DNA from: Burkholderiaceae bacterium
GTDB taxonomy: Bacteria; Pseudomonadota; Gammaproteobacteria; Burkholderiales; Burkholderiaceae_E
Length of the DNA: 64,000 nucleotides
NCBI GenBank assembly: GCA_024235875.1
Contig: JACKLP010000005.1
Span: 26,155-90,154 of the forward strand
Direction: 5' to 3'
Part shown: one piece after another, positions 62,636 to 64,000 of the stretch
Numbering within the stretch: position 1 is the first letter of the stretch
How the letters are laid out: each line of letters starts with the position of its first letter
The notes under the pieces: model-generated
What the model saw: the letters and a program-made list of their open reading frames with translations, nothing else
The model's database searches: none
Told to the model about the DNA's origin: nothing
Translations under genes and position numbers: made by a program

Positions 62636-62656
62636 ATTCGATCGTGAAAATCGAAT
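62636..62656. promoter_or_regulatory. Perfect inverted repeat, candidate LysR-type binding site
   Basis: ATTCGAT-N7-ATCGAAT (7-bp arms) lies in the 247-nt divergent region between the small ORF/soeA side and the LysR gene. It sits in an unusually AT-rich patch. Confidence 0.4.
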
Positions 62657-62734
62657 TTTCCAGCTAAGCTTAATCAGAAAACTTGATAGTATGCGGCCGC
62701 CCGTCCCCTGCCACGCCATCCCCATCGCAACCGC

Positions 62735-63682
62735 ATGAAGCTGCCTTCCGGGAACCGCGTCACCCTGCGCCAGTTCGAGGCGTTTTGCGCCGTGGCCATG
62801 GCCGGTGGCGTTTCCAAGGCGGCCAAGGGGCTCTCCCGCACCCAGTCGGCCGTGAGCATGTCGCTGATCGAGCTCGAGAACGCGCTCGGCGTCAAGCTGT
62901 TCGAGCGCGTGGGTCGCCGACTCCTGCCCACCGACGCCGGACGCCGGCTGCTGCCGCGCGCCGTGGAGCTGGTGGACCGCGTCGACGAGTTCGTCGAGAT
63001 GGCGCGTGATGAACCCACGGCGAGCGGCCATGTGTCGATCGGTGCCTCGCGAACGGTCGGGCCCTTCATGATGCCCGAGCTGATGGAGCGCTTCCTGGCG
63101 GAGAACCCGGGCGCGACACTGGAGCTGGTCGTCGCCAATACCGAGGACCTGCTGCAGCGGGTCCGGGCACTCACGCTCGATTGCGTCTTCGTCGAGGGCG
63201 ATGTCAACGATCCCGATCTGGCACGCCACGCCTGGATGACCGACACGCTTTGCATGTTCGCGCGAGCCGAACACCCGTTGGTGCGCGACGCCGGCCAGAG
63301 GCCACGAGCCGCGGTTCGGGTGGCGCAGGCCGAGCTCGCCGGGGTGCGATGGGCATTGCGCGAACCCGGCTCGGGCACGCGCGAGTTGTTCCTGCGCGCG
63401 CTGGCCACGATCGGTACCCGGCCACGGATCGCCACCGAGATCAGCGACCCGTTCGCGCTCAAGCAGATGGTGATGCGCTCGGACTTCCTGGGCTGCCTGA
63501 GTCGACGCGCGATCGCGGACGAACTCGGCTCGGGGACACTGGTCGAGGTACGGATACCCGCACCGGAGATCGATCGCATGCTGGCCCGCATACTGTGGGC
63601 GGTCTGGCACCCCGGACGCTACCGCTCACCGATCGTGGAACGCTTCGTGGCCTTCGCCACCGAGGCCGCCCGGGAACGATGA
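62735..63682 (+). CDS. LysR-family transcriptional regulator
   Basis: The N-terminal HTH is LRQFEAFCAVAMAGGVSKAAKGLSRTQSAVSMSLIELE, followed by a substrate-binding domain of typical length. Confidence 0.9.
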   Translation: MKLPSGNRVTLRQFEAFCAVAMAGGVSKAAKGLSRTQSAVSMSLIELENALGVKLFERVGRRLLPTDAGRRLLPRAVELVDRVDEFVEMARDEPTASGHVSIGASRTVGPFMMPELMERFLAENPGATLELVVANTEDLLQRVRALTLDCVFVEGDVNDPDLARHAWMTDTLCMFARAEHPLVRDAGQRPRAAVRVAQAELAGVRWALREPGSGTRELFLRALATIGTRPRIATEISDPFALKQMVMRSDFLGCLSRRAIADELGSGTLVEVRIPAPEIDRMLARILWAVWHPGRYRSPIVERFVAFATEAARER

Positions 63683-63699
63683 AGTAGAACGATGAAGTA
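63674..63699. repeat. 13-bp perfect tandem duplication spanning the LysR stop codon
   Basis: GAACGATGAAGTA occurs at 63674-63686 and is repeated exactly at 63687-63699. The pair is flanked by the inverted CGGGAA/TTCCCG. Confidence 0.8.
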
Positions 63700-63753
63700 G
63701 ATTCCCGAGCAGGCTCGCGATGCCCCTGCCCAACGAAACCGAGGAAGACGCCC

Positions 63754-64000
63754 ATGAACGCGCGCACCACCATCTACCGTGCCCGCTCGATCCTGACCAT
63801 GAACCCCAACCGTCCGCGCGCGACCCACGTGGCGGTACGCGACGGTATCGTGCTGGGCGCCGGCGCTCTGGGCGAGCTCGCCGCCTGGGGCGAGTACACG
63901 CTCGATGAGCGGTTCGCCGACAAGGTCCTGATGCCGGGCTTCGTCGAAGGTCATTCCCATGCCATGGAAGGCTCGTCCTGGCGCTTCCCCTATGTCGGAT
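63754..64000 (+). CDS. Amidohydrolase-family metal-dependent hydrolase, 3' end cut by the window edge
   Basis: MNARTTIYRARSILTMNP...AVRDGIVLGAG...LMPGFVEGHSHAMEG. The HxH metal motif follows a beta-sandwich N-terminus. The frame is open to the window end. Confidence 0.7.
   Translation, partial: MNARTTIYRARSILTMNPNRPRATHVAVRDGIVLGAGALGELAAWGEYTLDERFADKVLMPGFVEGHSHAMEGSSWRFPYVG

Overview
This 64 kb window is GC-rich by eye (not computed) and densely coding. It looks like core chromosome of a beta- or gammaproteobacterium. Supporting markers are EarP-type EF-P, a DUF3579-argF pair, a BPSS1780-like membrane protein and an xseB-ispA-dxs-folE2 operon.

I support about 57 protein-coding genes. Housekeeping genes are sodB, xseA, exbBD, lpxK-trm112-kdsB, adk, hppA, earP-efp, argF, xseB-ispA-dxs-folE2, polA and uvrD. 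Signalling genes are an OmpR/EnvZ-type pair, a roughly 1400 aa multi-PAS/GAF histidine kinase, an ECF sigma factor, a GGDEF-EAL protein, YajQ and an orphan double-receiver regulator. There is also a catabolic block: an IorAB-like Mo-hydroxylase, a CoA-transferase, RidA, a serine hydrolase and an acyl-CoA dehydrogenase.

The 3' third of the window holds an orphan CbbQ/NorQ-CbbO/NorD AAA+/VWA pair. It lies convergent to a signal-peptide-less three-subunit molybdoenzyme operon that I interpret as SoeABC-like sulfite dehydrogenase. That operon is followed by a small unknown ORF and a SulP/STAS permease, with a divergent LysR regulator.

I saw no rRNA, tRNA, CRISPR array, transposase, integrase or phage genes. 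I did not find an unmistakable new multi-gene system such as a defence island. The most interesting leads are:
- a KTSC-domain gene translationally coupled to earP-efp
- a divergent, extended Hfq paralogue
- the soeABC-orf-sulP module with two unassigned small ORFs
- the orphan CbbQ/CbbO pair
- a promoter-plus-intrinsic-terminator leader in front of argF
- a LexA box inside a hairpin that abuts the uvrD start codon

Many long ORFs in the supplied track are antisense or shadow ORFs typical of high-GC DNA, and I rejected them. The track also uses GTG and TTG starts, so several real starts lie inside the listed ORFs. I checked the proposed starts against the nucleotide sequence.
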